In this document: one piece after another, positions 29,924 through 42,699 of the stretch
Numbering within the stretch: position 1 is the first letter of the stretch
Layout: each line of letters opens with the position of its first letter
Assembly: GCA_033442325.1 (NCBI GenBank)
Contig: JAWQFM010000008.1
Coordinates: 803,194-867,193 of the forward strand
DNA length: 64,000 nt
Reading direction: 5' to 3'
Origin: Salpingoeca rosetta
Lineage: Eukaryota; Protista; Choanoflagellata
The notes under the pieces: model-generated
Told to the model about the DNA's origin: nothing
Database searches by the model: none
Seen by the model: the letters and a program-made list of their open reading frames with translations, nothing else
Position numbers and translations under genes: made by a program

Positions 29924-31316
29924 TGTTGTGGTGAGTGAGAGGTGTGTTGTTGTTGTGGGTTGTTGTGGCCATATGTGACTACATTTCATGGTGTTCAGAG
30001 CGACATGTCAACTTCGGAGGGTAGTGGTGGGCAGCGTGTTGCCAGCACGACCGCCATGGGTAGTGGTGGCAGCAGCAGCAAAGCCGTGTCGTTTGCGACG
30101 GCGCGCGGGATTGATGCCATGCAGTTTGCCGAGTCGCGCATCCAAGAGATCAAGGGCCTCCTCTCAACCCTCTCTGGCCCAGATCGCGTCCGCCGCGTGG
30201 TGCGTATGATTGAAAGCGTGAGTGTGAGTGTGAGTGTGAGTGTGAGCGAATGTGTGAATGTGTGAGTGTGTGAGTGAGTGTGAGTGTGAGTGTGCGTGTG
30301 AGTGTGAGTGTGAGTGTGAGTGTGAGTGTGCGTGTGAGTGTGAGCGAATGTGTGAATGTGTGAATGTGTGAGTGTGTGAGTGAGTGTGAATGTGTGCGTG
30401 TGTGAATACAACTTGCTGTGTGGGTATCAATCCTGTGGGAATGCGCTGCACATTTGGCGTCACCTTCGATCCTCACTCTGCTTGGACAGCATCAAACGAT
30501 GCCGAGGCATATGCGCCGAAGGGCAACCAGCCACAACGTCAAGCGGCTGCCCATTCGTCTTCGCCAAGCAGCAATTAGAGTGAGTGACAATGCGTGGGAG
30601 TGCCATCGGATTGTCGAACGCGAACAACGGCAGGCATTGTTGTGGTGAGTGAGAGGTGTGTTGTTGTTGTGGGTTGTTGTGGCCATATGTGACTACATTT
30701 CATGGTGTTCAGAGCGACATGTCAACTTCGGAGGGTAGTGGTGGGCAGCGTGTTGCCAGCACGACCGCCATGGGTAGTGGTGGCAGCAGCAGCAAAGCCG
30801 TGTCGTTTGCGACGGCGCGCGGGATTGATGCCATGCAGTTTGCCGAGTCGCGCATCCAAGAGATCAAGGGCCTCCTCTCAACCCTCTCTGGCCCAGATCG
30901 CGTCCGCCGCGTGGTGCGTATGATTGAAAGCGTGAGTGTGAGTGTGAGTGTGAGTGTGAGCGAATGTGTGAATGTGTGAGTGTGTGAGTGAGTGTGAGTG
31001 TGAGTGTGCGTGTGAGTGTGAGTGTGAGTGTGAGTGTGAGTGTGCGTGTGAGTGTGAGCGAATGTGTGAATGTGTGAATGTGTGAGTGTGTGAGTGAGTG
31101 TGAATGTGTGCGTGTGTGAATACAACTTGCTGTGTGGGTATCAATCCTGTGGGAATGCGCTGCACATTTGGCGTCACCTTCGATCCTCACTCTGCTTGGA
31201 CAGCATCAAACGATGCCGAGGCATATGCGCCGAAGGGCAACCAGCCACAACGTCAAGCGGCTGCCCATTCGTCTTCGCCAAGCAGCAATTAGAGTGAGTG
31301 ACAATGCGTGGGAGTG
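29909..31316. repeat. Perfect 694-bp tandem duplication (29909-30602 / 30623-31316) with a 20-nt spacer, containing the cadherin ATG and POP1 exons 1-2
   Basis: Identical ORF pairs offset by 714 nt (29942/30656, 30380/31094). Confidence 0.93.
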
Positions 31317-31773
31317 GGTGTATGTGTGTGCGTGTGTGTGCGTGTGTGTGTTCTTGTATGTGTGTGCGTGTATGTGTGTGTGTGTGCTTTTGTATTTGTG
31401 TGCGTGTGTGGCAACTGTGCGTAAGGCTGTGCGCAACGCTGCTTATGCCTGACGGCTGTGGCGTGCGCTCATGTGTGCGTTTCTTTTCCCCTTGGTTGTG
31501 GAAAAAGGAAATGGAGAGGGTGCCACCGCCAAAGCAATCTGGAACAGCTGCCAAGAAGAGCCGCGAGAAGAAACGGTCCCGCCGCAACCGTCGTCGCCCT
31601 TCAAACCTGAACCGGGAGTACGCAAAGCGGTCCGCTCACAAGGTACATGCACTTGTTTGTGTGTGTATGTGTATGTGTATGTGTGTATGTGTGTGCGCGA
31701 AATGTGTTCCTTTGAGGTGAAACAGTCCCCACTGGAATACAGTCGAGTAACGAATGAGCCTGCTTTCCCTCAC

Positions 31774-31827
<54 letters not shown>

Positions 31828-34499
31828 GCCCCTCAGACGTGGCTGCACACCCACATCTGGCACACGAAGCGGTTCAAGATGGAGGCCTTGTGGGGATGGC
31901 GCATTCCCGTGCACGCAAACGAAAAGTCTGTTCGCGCCAACTACCGCTGGGTCAAAGGCGCCCACTGCACCATGGCAGACATGTCCTATTACAGCTGCTT
32001 CCAGCTCACGGGCGCCCGCAGCGCTGTTCGCGCCGCCCTGGGCGCCTGCCTCCCATATCCACACCGCATCTTCGACGGACGAGAGCACCACCGCCTCATC
32101 ACCCGCGTGCAGGCAGCAGGAGCAGCAGACAACACGGCCAGCACTGGCACAGCTGACGACAACAAGGCAACTGCAGGCGCACACAAGCACGGCGAGCTCA
32201 TTGGTGTCGTCTCTGTCATCGCCACCCCATGGGCCCCAGCACCACCAACCGCAGAAGCATCATCGTCGTCGTTGTCGTCGTCGTTGTCGTCGTTGTCGAG
32301 TGATTCCGAGTGCTCTGTGTGGGTTTGGGCGCATCCGTCCATTGCGGTGGACGTACACACCGCCATTACCACCGCAGCAACAGCCACATCAACAACAGCA
32401 GCAGCAACAACAGCAGCAGCAACAACAGCAGCAGCAACAACAGCAGCAGCGCAGCACGGAGCCACCACCACTCCAAGCACCAGCACCACCTCGACTGGCG
32501 GGAGGGTGAAGGTGGAGGACATGAGCGGAGAGTTGTGCCGGTTTCGCTTGGTTGGCGGTGCATCGCACGCGCTTCTTGTGCGCGCACTGCACGTTGCTGT
32601 TGATGGCGAGGAGGTGCAGGCACAGGACGACGGCAACAGCACTGATAATGGTGACGGTGATGATGGAGACAGGGGAGTTGTGAAAGACAAAGACGACACG
32701 GGAGAAGGTATCGTGGAAGATGGCGGTGGTGGTGGTGAGTGTGTCCATGATGGCAATGATGACGATCATGATAACGACGATGATACTGCTGGTGGTGGTG
32801 GTGGTGGTTCTGAAGGTGTGCGGCAGATGAACACCTCACTGGATGATGGCAGGGCCGATGTTGCTGGTGTTGATGCTGGTACACTGCGCACCCGCAGCGA
32901 TACAGCGGTGTGGCAATCCCTGCGTGGCATGCGCGACCCGAGCCAGCTGTCGGCGGGCGCTGCGCTGTGTCTGACCGTGTGGGACCCGCGTCTTCGCTCC
33001 CCGTCATCCATCCACCCGCCAGACCAGCACGCCGTTCACACACAGGACACCGATGGTGACACGCAGGTTGGTTGGGTTGTGTTGGGGGCGGGAGAGGGGG
33101 AGGGACCAATGCCCATGGTCTATAGTATGTCGTGTCTGTATGTGCGTGTATGTGTACGCATGTATGTATGTGCGTGTGTTGTATGTCGTGCGACTTCGTG
33201 TGGTTGTGAGTGAGTGAGTGAGTGAGTGTGTGAGTGTGTGAGTGTAATCATGTGTTGCGTGTGATTGCACATGTGACCTGTTTGCACTGTTGCAAGCGTT
33301 CCATTCACAGCTCATGATGTCATCAACACTCCCAACCCACCACCCCCACCACCAACACCGCCGCCCACCAACACGAGCAGGCATGCCTGTTAGAGTGGAT
33401 CACAACATCCACGGCCTCTCCGCTGTGGTCCCCCACCGCCCGCGCAGCTATCAACACATCCAAGCTCCCGCAGAAGATGCTCGACAGGCGCCGCAGCCGC
33501 GTTGTTGGCCGCGTTGGGGGCGACCTCCCACCCACTACGAAGGACTCGCTCCTCCCACTCCTCCTCATCCAGCGACCAGGCAGCACAGCCTCAAGGTGCG
33601 CGTCGACATGTGTGTGTTTATGTGTGTGTTGATGTGTGTGTGTTGATATGTGTGTTGATGTGTGTGGGTGTGGTTTTGTGTCAGCATGCGTTGAACATGT
33701 GTACGTGTCCAGACGTTGCGCCATGGCTGCTCTGTCTATGTGCACTGTTCATCGACTCCATCACCCTCATCCTCTTATTCCCCTCGTGTGCACGTGTGCT
33801 TTGTTTAGGCGCGCGTCCGTGTTTGCGGGCCCCGGGAGCGGGTATGCGTGCGGATGGGACGTGGTGCTGCCGTCGGCGTGGGCGCGGGAGGTGTGGCACT
33901 GCCTCGTCCACGCCGGCGCAAAGACGTGCGGCCTCCGTGATGTCAGACAGCACGCAACAGAGCAGGTGTGCATGCCAGGGTTAGAGTGAGGGAATGAGTC
34001 AGTATGAATGCAAGTGAGTTTGGAAAGTGTGGGTGGCTTTGAGGAAGCGGGTGAATGTGTGTGTGTGCATGAGTGTGTGTGCGTGTGTACATGTTGTTGT
34101 TAACACTGTACACGAGTGCGCAAACATTTGGCCATGCACCAACGCTCATGTGTGTGCGCAATCTGGTGCGCTGTTGTGGGTGCTTACACGTTCGGGCCAA
34201 CACTGCGTTGAATCAGGGCATGCTCGGGTTTCCGTTTGACTTTGTTGGCACGCGTGCACAGCACTTGTGGCGTGCCCACACCAGCACCCAGGACCTGAGC
34301 AGGTGCGAGTCTGCCGGTTGTGTCACCGTCCAACATCTTCGTACCCCCCTTGCACGCATCTTCCAAACACAATCCACGCGCGCACGCGCACCCCTGCCAT
34401 GTTAATTCCCGTCACACGCATCACTCCTCTCTTCCCCACACTGCAACGACGATCACTCACACCCATCATCATCACCACCACCACCACCATCATCATCAC

Positions 34500-34561
<62 letters not shown>

Positions 34562-34609
34562 ACAACAACCACCACCACCACCACCACCACCACCACCACC
34601 ACCACCACC

Positions 34610-34674
<65 letters not shown>

Positions 34675-34856
34675 AAAACACCACCAACACCACCACAGGA
34701 GGTGCAGGCTGCTGGGCGCGGGCGACTGGACTGCCGCACGGCGCTGTTCGTGCCGGCTGCGGGCGATATCGAGGTCGCCGCCACAAACCCGCTGCTCCTG
34801 GAGTCTTCTGCTGCACTCAAGGGAAAGGTGCGCCGCCTTCGTGCTGCATCTTGTTG

Positions 34857-34942
<86 letters not shown>

Positions 34943-35568
34943 TGTGTGGGTGTGGGTGTGGGTGTGTAGGTGTGGGTGTGGGTGTTGTGGTTTCCCGCTC
35001 GCTCCCGCGTCTCTGTCTGCTTGATCATGTGAGGTGGTGATATGGTGCATCTTCGGGTCCGGCCTTCGCTGCGTCTGCTCTTTTGCATTCGGCTTCGCCC
35101 TGACGATGGTGCGTGCACTTGACACTGCAGGGCGTGTTCGACTTTGAATTTCGCGGCGTTGCCGGCGGGCTGACGAGCGGAGGATTCTGCCACTCGCGCG
35201 CACGTGAATACGGGCTTGGCTTCGTCACGGTGGCGGCCCTTGGCGAGTGCATACGCGTGACGCAGCAGCTCAGGGATACGCTTGGCGCACCGCCGGGCGT
35301 GCCATCACAGCAAACACGGCGACGCAAGAGGCAACAACAACAACAGCAGCAGCCGCGTGGCGATGGTGCAAGTGGGGTGGTTGCTGCGACTGGTACTGGC
35401 ACACCACACCCTGAGAAGAGACAAGCGGGATGGCGTGGCAAGAAGCGCGCACTGCTGCAGCATCCACGGTTTGACAACACGTTCTTGGCGCTCTCCAAGC
35501 ATGCGGACACGCGCTCGTTTCGCGTTGTTCATCTTCGTGTCGTCGACACGCACTGGCTCGAGAGCTGA
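30719..35568 (+). CDS. POP1: RNase P/MRP subunit POP1
   Basis: [95 protein letters not shown] 5' partial duplicate starts at 30005. Confidence 0.92.
34464..34695. repeat. Compound trinucleotide microsatellite (CAT)n(CAC)n(CAA)n within POP1
   Basis: Direct inspection. Confidence 0.95.
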
Positions 35569-35690
35569 TGCACCCGCGCGCGTGTGTGTGTGTGTGTGTG
35601 TGCGCTCGTTTCGCGTTGTTCATCTTCGTGTCGTCGACACGCACTGGCTCGAGAGCTGATGCACCCGCGCGCGTGTGTGTGTGTGTGTGT
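35511..35690. repeat. 91-bp tandem duplication of the POP1 stop-codon region
   Basis: gcgctcgtttcgcg...gagagctgatgcacccgcgcgc at 35511 and again at 35602. Confidence 0.9.
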
Positions 35691-35771
35691 TTTTGAGTGC
35701 CAGTGCTTGTCGATTGCTCGGGTCGAGTGCTGCTTATTTACACGGTAGCAAACAGCGTACGCACAAGCAAC

Positions 35772-35966
35772 GCAAGTAAAGACACCACAAGCAACTGGGA
35801 ATCACACGTCGCTACGCATCAAGCTTTGCCCGTTTTCGCGCCATGCTGCACACGATCACGCGGATATGCAAGTAAAGACACCACAAGCAACTGGGAATCA
35901 CACGTCGCTACGCATCAAGCTTTGCCCGTTTTCGCGCCATGCTGCACACGATCACGCGGATATGCA
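35772..35966. repeat. 96-bp tandem duplication
   Basis: gcaagtaaagacaccac...cggatatgca at 35772 and again at 35868. Confidence 0.9.
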
Positions 35967-36133
35967 GGACAAAGCGGGAGCAATGTGAGCAGCCCGCGAC
36001 GTAGGAAACAACATGGAATGCGCGCACGTGTGTGTGTGTGTGTGCGCGCGCGCGCGTGTGTGTGTGATCATCTCCTCTCATGGCCTTTACCCACCCATAC
36101 ATCGTTTCACTCCGTAAAGATGGCACGCCCAAG

Positions 36134-36177
<44 letters not shown>

Positions 36178-36179
<2 letters not shown>

Positions 36180-36533
36180 GCCGTCGGCATCGTCCCTGGT
36201 GCTGTCCGTATTATCCTTGCTGTCCAAGTTTCCACCATCATTGCCAGGCCCTGTACCACTATTGCTGTTTCTGCTGCCATCATCATCATCAGCACCGCCG
36301 CCACCAGAAGCACTCTCCTGTGTCGTTGTCTGGTGCTCTGTGGCAGTCTTATCAGGTTGGGTTTCCGCTTCGGCCGGTGCGCTGTCATCGCATTGACTGG
36401 GCGTGTCTCGCTGTGTTCGTAACGATGCTGGCACTGATGGTGTCGGCAACGCAGCCTGCAACATAAGAGGAGATGGTGTGGTGAGGAATAGCAAATCGCA
36501 GGTGTGCCACTTGTGAGACTGTTGCTACAACCA

Positions 36534-36613
<80 letters not shown>

Positions 36614-37140
36614 CACAAACACACGCACACACACACACGCGCGCGCGCGCACACACACACGCATGTGCGCACCGGGTTTGGCTTTGGCTGTGTGAGAAAG
36701 GCAGCGTTGGTGATATCGGTGATGCGACCGCGAAGTAGGGCGAGCCTCTCCTCTGCCAGCTGCACTTTGGTCCGGAGAAGTGAGGCGGCCTCGGCGTTCT
36801 TCCTGTGCAGCTCGTCCAAGTCATCGTCGTTTGTGTTGGTGGCTTGCTTGATGTCCGGCAAATGGTCACAGAACAGGTTAATGTCCTTGACGGTTTGCAA
36901 GATCGCGTGCTTTGTCACGTCCACTGTCTGTTGCACCTGCTGTCTCGCACTCGCCACTGCTCCTTCCTCCCCGTTGTTCTGCTGCTTCTGCGGCTGCTTC
37001 TGCGGCTGCTTCTTCGCTGACGATGGCGCCGGCTCCATGGCTGCTTCGCCGGCCTGCATGTGCAACACCCCAACTGCGTTTCGATAATGCTCCATCAGCG
37101 CTTGCAGCAGCTCTTGCAGCTGCGTCACGCGGTCCCCCAT
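36178..37140 (-). CDS. MED21: Mediator subunit 21 (Srb7) with a low-complexity C-terminal extension; last exon not resolved
   Basis: N-terminus MGDRVTQLQELLQALMEHYRNAVGVL matches the MED21 pattern MxDRLTQLQ..F.NAIGVL. Also ILQTVKDINLFCDHLP and a C-terminal coiled coil. Intron from ~36672 to ~36456. Confidence 0.88.
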
Positions 37141-37325
37141 GGCTGCTCCTGGTTGAGGGAAGGGGGGGGGGCGGGGTTAAGTGGGTTGTGTGACGTGAGA
37201 CGTGAAGGCACAGGTGCCGGTGCGAACGGTGACAGCGGTGCGAGTGCTGTTGTTGAGTGGTTGCTGTCTCTCTTCTTCTTGTCGTTTCGCTGCTTCGTGG
37301 TCAACGCCTGAATTCAGTCGCGTGG

Positions 37326-37335
37326 TTTTGGCGCG
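37326..37335 (+). promoter_or_regulatory. E2F consensus site (TTTGGCGC) in the MED21/CDK divergent promoter
   Basis: Exact TTTSSCGC match about 200 bp upstream of the CDK ATG. Confidence 0.4.
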
Positions 37336-37530
37336 CAGCGCTCAAAAACCGCCAACACCGCTGATGAAGACGAAGAACACAAACCTGACACCATCATCAT
37401 CTTCATCATCAGCCAGCCAACACCGCCACTCGACGCACGACAGGACCAAAAGGCAAGGACAAGGCAAGGCGGATAAGGCAAGGCAACAGCAAGAGGCGAA
37501 TACACACATTTACACACACACACACACAAG

Positions 37531-39537
37531 ATGGAGGGTGGCTACACGATGGACCGGTTTGAGAAGACGGAGAAGCTGGGCGAGGGAACATATGGCAGTG
37601 TGTACAAGGCCATTGACAAGACGACCATGGCAGTGGTGGCGCTCAAGAAGATCAAGCTCAACGACCAGGAAGAGTTTGGGGTCCCAGCGTCTGCCCTGCG
37701 GGAAATTGCTCTTCTTCGCGAACTCGACCATCCCAACATTGTCCAGTGAGTGTATTGTGATGTGTGGTGATGCCTGTGTGCGGTGATGTGTGTGGTGATG
37801 TGTATAGTGATGTAGTTTGACGATGTGTGTACAGTCTACATACGTGTATACTTGCGCCTGTGCACATGTACACGCACGCGCAAGCGAACATACCTGTGCA
37901 CACACGTATGCATACTGATGCACGTGGATGCGGCAAGCACGCACAGCTCCATGGTCCCTGCCACTGATCGATGTCATGCCACGTCTTGTCTTCTTCCTTC
38001 CGCCTGATTTCGTCCCCCCCCCCTCCTTGTCTCCCCTCCTTTACAAGGCTGTTGGATGTGATCCCTTCGTCCTCGGAGCTGCACTTGATCCTGGAATATG
38101 TGTACGAGGACCTGCGCAAGTTCATGCACCGCGTCAAAGTCCTGGAGCGCCCCATGTACCAGTCGTTCCTGCGGCAGCTGCTTCTCGGTCTGGAGTACTG
38201 TCATATCCACCGCATCCTTCACCGCGACCTCAAGCCAGAGAACCTGCTCATCAACCACCGCACGGGCGCACTGAAGCTGGCAGACTTTGGCCTTGCGCGC
38301 GCGTTTGGCATTCCAGTGCGTGCCTACACACACGAGGTGCGTGAATTTATGCTTGCGTGCGAATGTGTGCATGTGTGTTTGTGTATGTGCGCGTGTATGG
38401 GTGTGTGCAGAGTGTGTGCCTGTGTGCATATTTGTGTGTGTGTGCAGAGTGTGTGCCTGTGTATATTTGTGTGTGTGTGTGTGTGCAGAGTGTGTGCCTG
38501 TGTGTTTATTTGTGTGCGTGCACGTGTGCGTGCGTGTGCGTATGCGTGGCGTGTGTGCCCGCATGTGAACGTGTGGTAAAGGCAATGTTGTTATGCCGCT
38601 CGCGGGCACATTCGCAACGAAGGCTTTGCTGTGCAGCCATGCGCTCACGCTGTCACGCTGTCATGCTACTGGTGCTGGTGCTGGTGCCACTCACTCCTGC
38701 TCTCAGGTGGTGACGCTGTGGTACCGTGCCCCCGAGATCCTGCTGGGATCAAAGCAGTACGCTTGCCCTGTCGACATGTGGGCTGTGGGCTGCATCTTTG
38801 CGGAAATGGCGTCCTCAAAACCGCTCTTCCCGGGCGACTCAGAGGTGGACCAGATTATGCGCATCTTCCGCTATCTCGGCACACCCACAGAGAAGACATG
38901 GCCAGGCGTCTCCAACCTCCCAGACTTTAGGGTGCGATGTGTGTGTGCGTGTGCACTTGCGCGTGTGTGTGAGTCTGAGTGTGAGATGGTCGTATTGTTT
39001 GCACTACCTGTTGTTGGACAAGGTGTCAACTTCCTCAAGCATGCTCGTCCACATACACACTCACACACACATGCACACTCACGCACATGCACACTCACGC
39101 ACGCATATACACTCCACACACACACACATGCACACTCACGCGCACACATGCACACATGAGCGCAGGCAAACTTCCCGCGCTTTCCGGCCATCGACCTTGC
39201 GCCGATCGTACCACAAATGGACCCTGTCAGCATGGCTTTGCTGCAGGTGAGCACGTGTGTGCGTTGACGTACATGTGGGTGTGCATACGTGTGTATGTGT
39301 GTGCGAAATGTCTAGCGCTGCAAGCATCTGGTGCATTGCCCATTCCACTCAACGCTTCTTCTTCCCGCCCCGCACTCGCACACACACACACCCACACATC
39401 GTCTTGTCCGACTTCTTTTCCTTTTTTGTTGCAGCACATGTTGGTGTATTTGCCTGCGTCCCGCATCCCCGCCAACCAGGCACTCAAACACCCGTTCTTC
39501 CAAGGGCCCGAACACGACTTTGCTGCCTCTGCTGCAG

Positions 39538-39598
<61 letters not shown>

Positions 39599-39683
39599 GC
39601 AGCAACAAGAGGAAGAAGCGGACAGCACTGCCACAACCTCACCGTCGTCCACTGCGACAACAACGGCAGCAGCGAACAACTGA
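37531..39683 (+). CDS. Cyclin-dependent kinase, divergent CDK1/2 paralog (PASALRE) with poly-Q tail
   Basis: Exons ~37531-37745, 38048-38336, 38707-38931, 39166-39246 and 39435-39683. [42 protein letters not shown]|[17 protein letters not shown]. Confidence 0.93.
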
Positions 39684-39689
39684 AGTTTG

Positions 39690-39820
39690 CGGGCAACGCG
39701 ATTTTCGTCTGATATCTTGCACTAATTGTCCTCTTGTTTCTGTTGTGCCAACGCGAATTTTCAAAATTGGCGGGCGAATAAATAATTTTTTTATTCGACA
39801 ACTTCATCGTCTCCCGCGCA
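39690..39820. promoter_or_regulatory. Cell-cycle-type motif cluster upstream of the PSTAIRE CDK
   Basis: CAACGCGA(A)TTTTC twice (~39694, ~39749). TTCAAA (reverse complement of the CHR element TTTGAA) at 39760-39765 next to GGCGGGCGAA at 39769-39778. CTCCCGCGCA at 39811. Confidence 0.4.
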
Positions 39821-40433
39821 CGGCTTAAACAGCGCAACCGCCAACCACAACACTCTCAACGAACTCCGCACACACCACAAAGGCACTGACCGACCGCACT
39901 TCTTTCTCCGCACACCCCCGCACCAAGTCAGCCAGCCAGCCAGCCAGCACCCTCGTTCCATCGACAGCTACAGGTGAGCTGATGAGCAGAGGCGGCACTG
40001 TTGTGGACGAGGGTAGCTTGGGAAGCGAGTGGGGAGCTGGGAGAGGAGAGATCAAGCAGAGAAGGAGCGAGGAAGCAAAGGTGTTGGTTAGCGCCATAGC
40101 GCGCCCGCCATCCAACGGTCATGTTGGAGCGGAGGCAGGCGGTGAGGGGGGAACACGGTGCGGCAACTGTGCACACACATTCTCGTTCGTCTTACATGGC
40201 GACAGACTCAGCCGCGCTCCCCATGTGTTGACCTGCTTGCCCTGCCCCTCTATTTCTGTGCTCTCTCTCGCTCACTCACACACACACACACTCTCGCTCC
40301 CTCTCTCTGCCCCTCTGTCCTTGTGTGTGCATCTAACCAATCCACGCCAATGCAAACACGACGCAAACACGACGTACACAACTCAAACACAATGCCAACA
40401 CAAGAACAGACACATCCACAACCACCAGCAGTC

Positions 40434-40833
40434 ATGGACCGCTATGAGAAGATTGAGAAGATTGGCGAGGGTACCTACGGTACCGTGTACAAGGCCAAGC
40501 TCATCACATCCGGCGAGCTTGTCGCCCTGAAGAAGATCAAGCTGGAGACAGAGGAGGAGGGCGTCCCTTCCACTGCCATCCGTGAGATTTCCCTTCTCAA
40601 GGAGCTCAACCACCGCAACGTCGTCAGGTTAGCGGAATGACGCCACTCGCGTGTCGCGAGCACCACCACCACTCTTTGTTTCCCTCGTCATTTGAGTTCT
40701 GTGCCGCTTTGCCTTCTTCCTTGCACTATGCCCCCTCCTCCTTCATGATCGTCTTTGTCTTTCCGAAGGAGGAAATGAAAGAAGGAGGAAGAAAGGAAGG
40801 CGAGGAAATGGGGGAAAGCGGAAAAGAGGGAAG

Positions 40834-40872
<39 letters not shown>

Positions 40873-41270
40873 TTTTTCTTCCCTTCTCCTAATCCATCCA
40901 CTCATCTCCCCATCACATCCTCCCTTCGTCTCGTGTCAGGCTGATTGAGGTGATCCACTCTGAGCACGACCTCCACCTCGTGTTTGAGTTCCTCGACTGC
41001 GACCTGAAGAAGCACATGGAGGTTTCCCGTCAGCTCGCCCCAGACCTCGTGCGCTCGTACCTCTTCCAGCTCCTCAAGGGCATTGAGTTTTGCCACACCC
41101 ACCGCATCCTCCACCGCGACCTCAAGCCCCAGAACTTGCTCATCGACAGCGATGGCAACATCAAGATTGCCGACTTTGGCCTCGCCCGCGCCTTTGGCAT
41201 TCCCGTCCGCGCCTACACCCATGAGGTGCGCTTTCTCTGAGGATGGTGGCGCGGTGGAGCGTTGCAGTTG

Positions 41271-41334
<64 letters not shown>

Positions 41335-41673
41335 TGATCGTTTTTGTGTCTGCGTCAAGTGTTCTTCATGTCCCTTATCGTTTTATCTCTGCCACCATTG
41401 GCGCCATGACAACGCAACAGGTGGTGACACTGTGGTACCGCGCCCCCGAGATTCTGCTCGGTGCGCGCCAGTACGCGTGCCCTGTCGACATCTGGTCCAT
41501 TGGCTGCATCTTTGCGGAGATGGTGACCACCCGCCCGCTCTTCCCGGGCGATTCTGAGATTGACGAGCTGTTCCGCATCTTCCGCTACCTCGGCACCCCG
41601 AACGAGCACGTCTGGCCTGGCGTCTCCGAGCTCCCAGACTTCAAGGTGGGGTGGTTGCCCATTATGTGTGTGA

Positions 41674-41705
<32 letters not shown>

Positions 41706-42187
41706 ATGTATGTGTGTATGAATGTGTGTGTATATACTTGCGACCGCGTATCGGTTTGAGCTCATTCCCGTCCCCTCTGTACCTCATCCCTTCCTCCCAA
41801 CATACTCACACGATACGCAAACCCAATCACTGCGCGCTCTGCAGACAACGTTCCCGCAGTGGAAGCGCCAGGATCTGGCCAAGCTCGTCCCCGGCCTCGA
41901 CCCAACTGGCCTCGATCTCCTCGAGGTGCGCCCTCCAACGCGTGACGACACGTTGTGTGTGTGTGTGTATGTGTGTGTGTGTGTGCAATGTTGTGTGTAT
42001 TTTGTGTTGTATGTGTGTGTATTTTGTGTTGTGTGCCACATCGTCCCACTGTAATCTCACTCGCCTCCCTTCTACACGCCGCCTCCCTGGTTTACCCCAA
42101 CAGCAAATGCTGCGCTACGCCCCGTCGGCCCGCATCTCAGCCACCCGCGCCCTGCGTCACCCGTACTTTGCCGCCTACAACGCCTGA
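40434..42187 (+). CDS. CDK1: Cyclin-dependent kinase 1/2 (canonical PSTAIRE)
   Basis: Exons ~40434-40627, 40940-41225, 41421-41645, 41845-41925 and 42104-42187. [69 protein letters not shown]. Confidence 0.95.
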
Positions 42188-42699
42188 GAGCTGCTGTTCT
42201 TCGCAGCGGCGCCACAGCTTCAGTGCCTGCAGGCAACCACCAATGCACGAACGCAAACGTGCATCGTGGTCATTGTTCTGTTCAGGCTTGACGTGTGCAG
42301 TGTGAATGGTTTTGACATGAAATCACTTTGCCGTGACGTTGACGCGACGTAGAAGCCAATGCTATTGTTTTCTTCCTTCCTATCTCAGAAAGCCACATGG
42401 CCATAACACAAGTAAACTCGATCCAATCATCAACACACGATGAAAGCTATGCACGGGCACAGCCATGACGTTGGATCGCGCAATGACAGCGTTCACACAA
42501 GCCACACTTTCACACTTTCACACTTTCACACTTTCACACACTCTCACATTTTCACACACACACCACAAACCACAAGCCACAAATCACAACCTTGCTCGCA
42601 CAATCGCGGATGCATACAACCAAAAAAGTACAAGCCGATTCACGTGAGTGCACGAATATGCACAAACGCGTGGCAGTCACAGTCACAGTGACAGCCGCA

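Noticed and set aside
35511-35966. CRISPR-like or transposon terminal repeats
   Set aside because: Two-copy direct duplications without spacers, TIRs, transposase or cas genes, in a eukaryotic locus.
37531-39683. CDK5 assignment based on PASALRE
   Set aside because: The T-loop ([13 protein letters not shown]), GDSExD motif and intron positions match the neighbouring CDK1/2, not CDK5 (YSAE, YRPPDVLFG).
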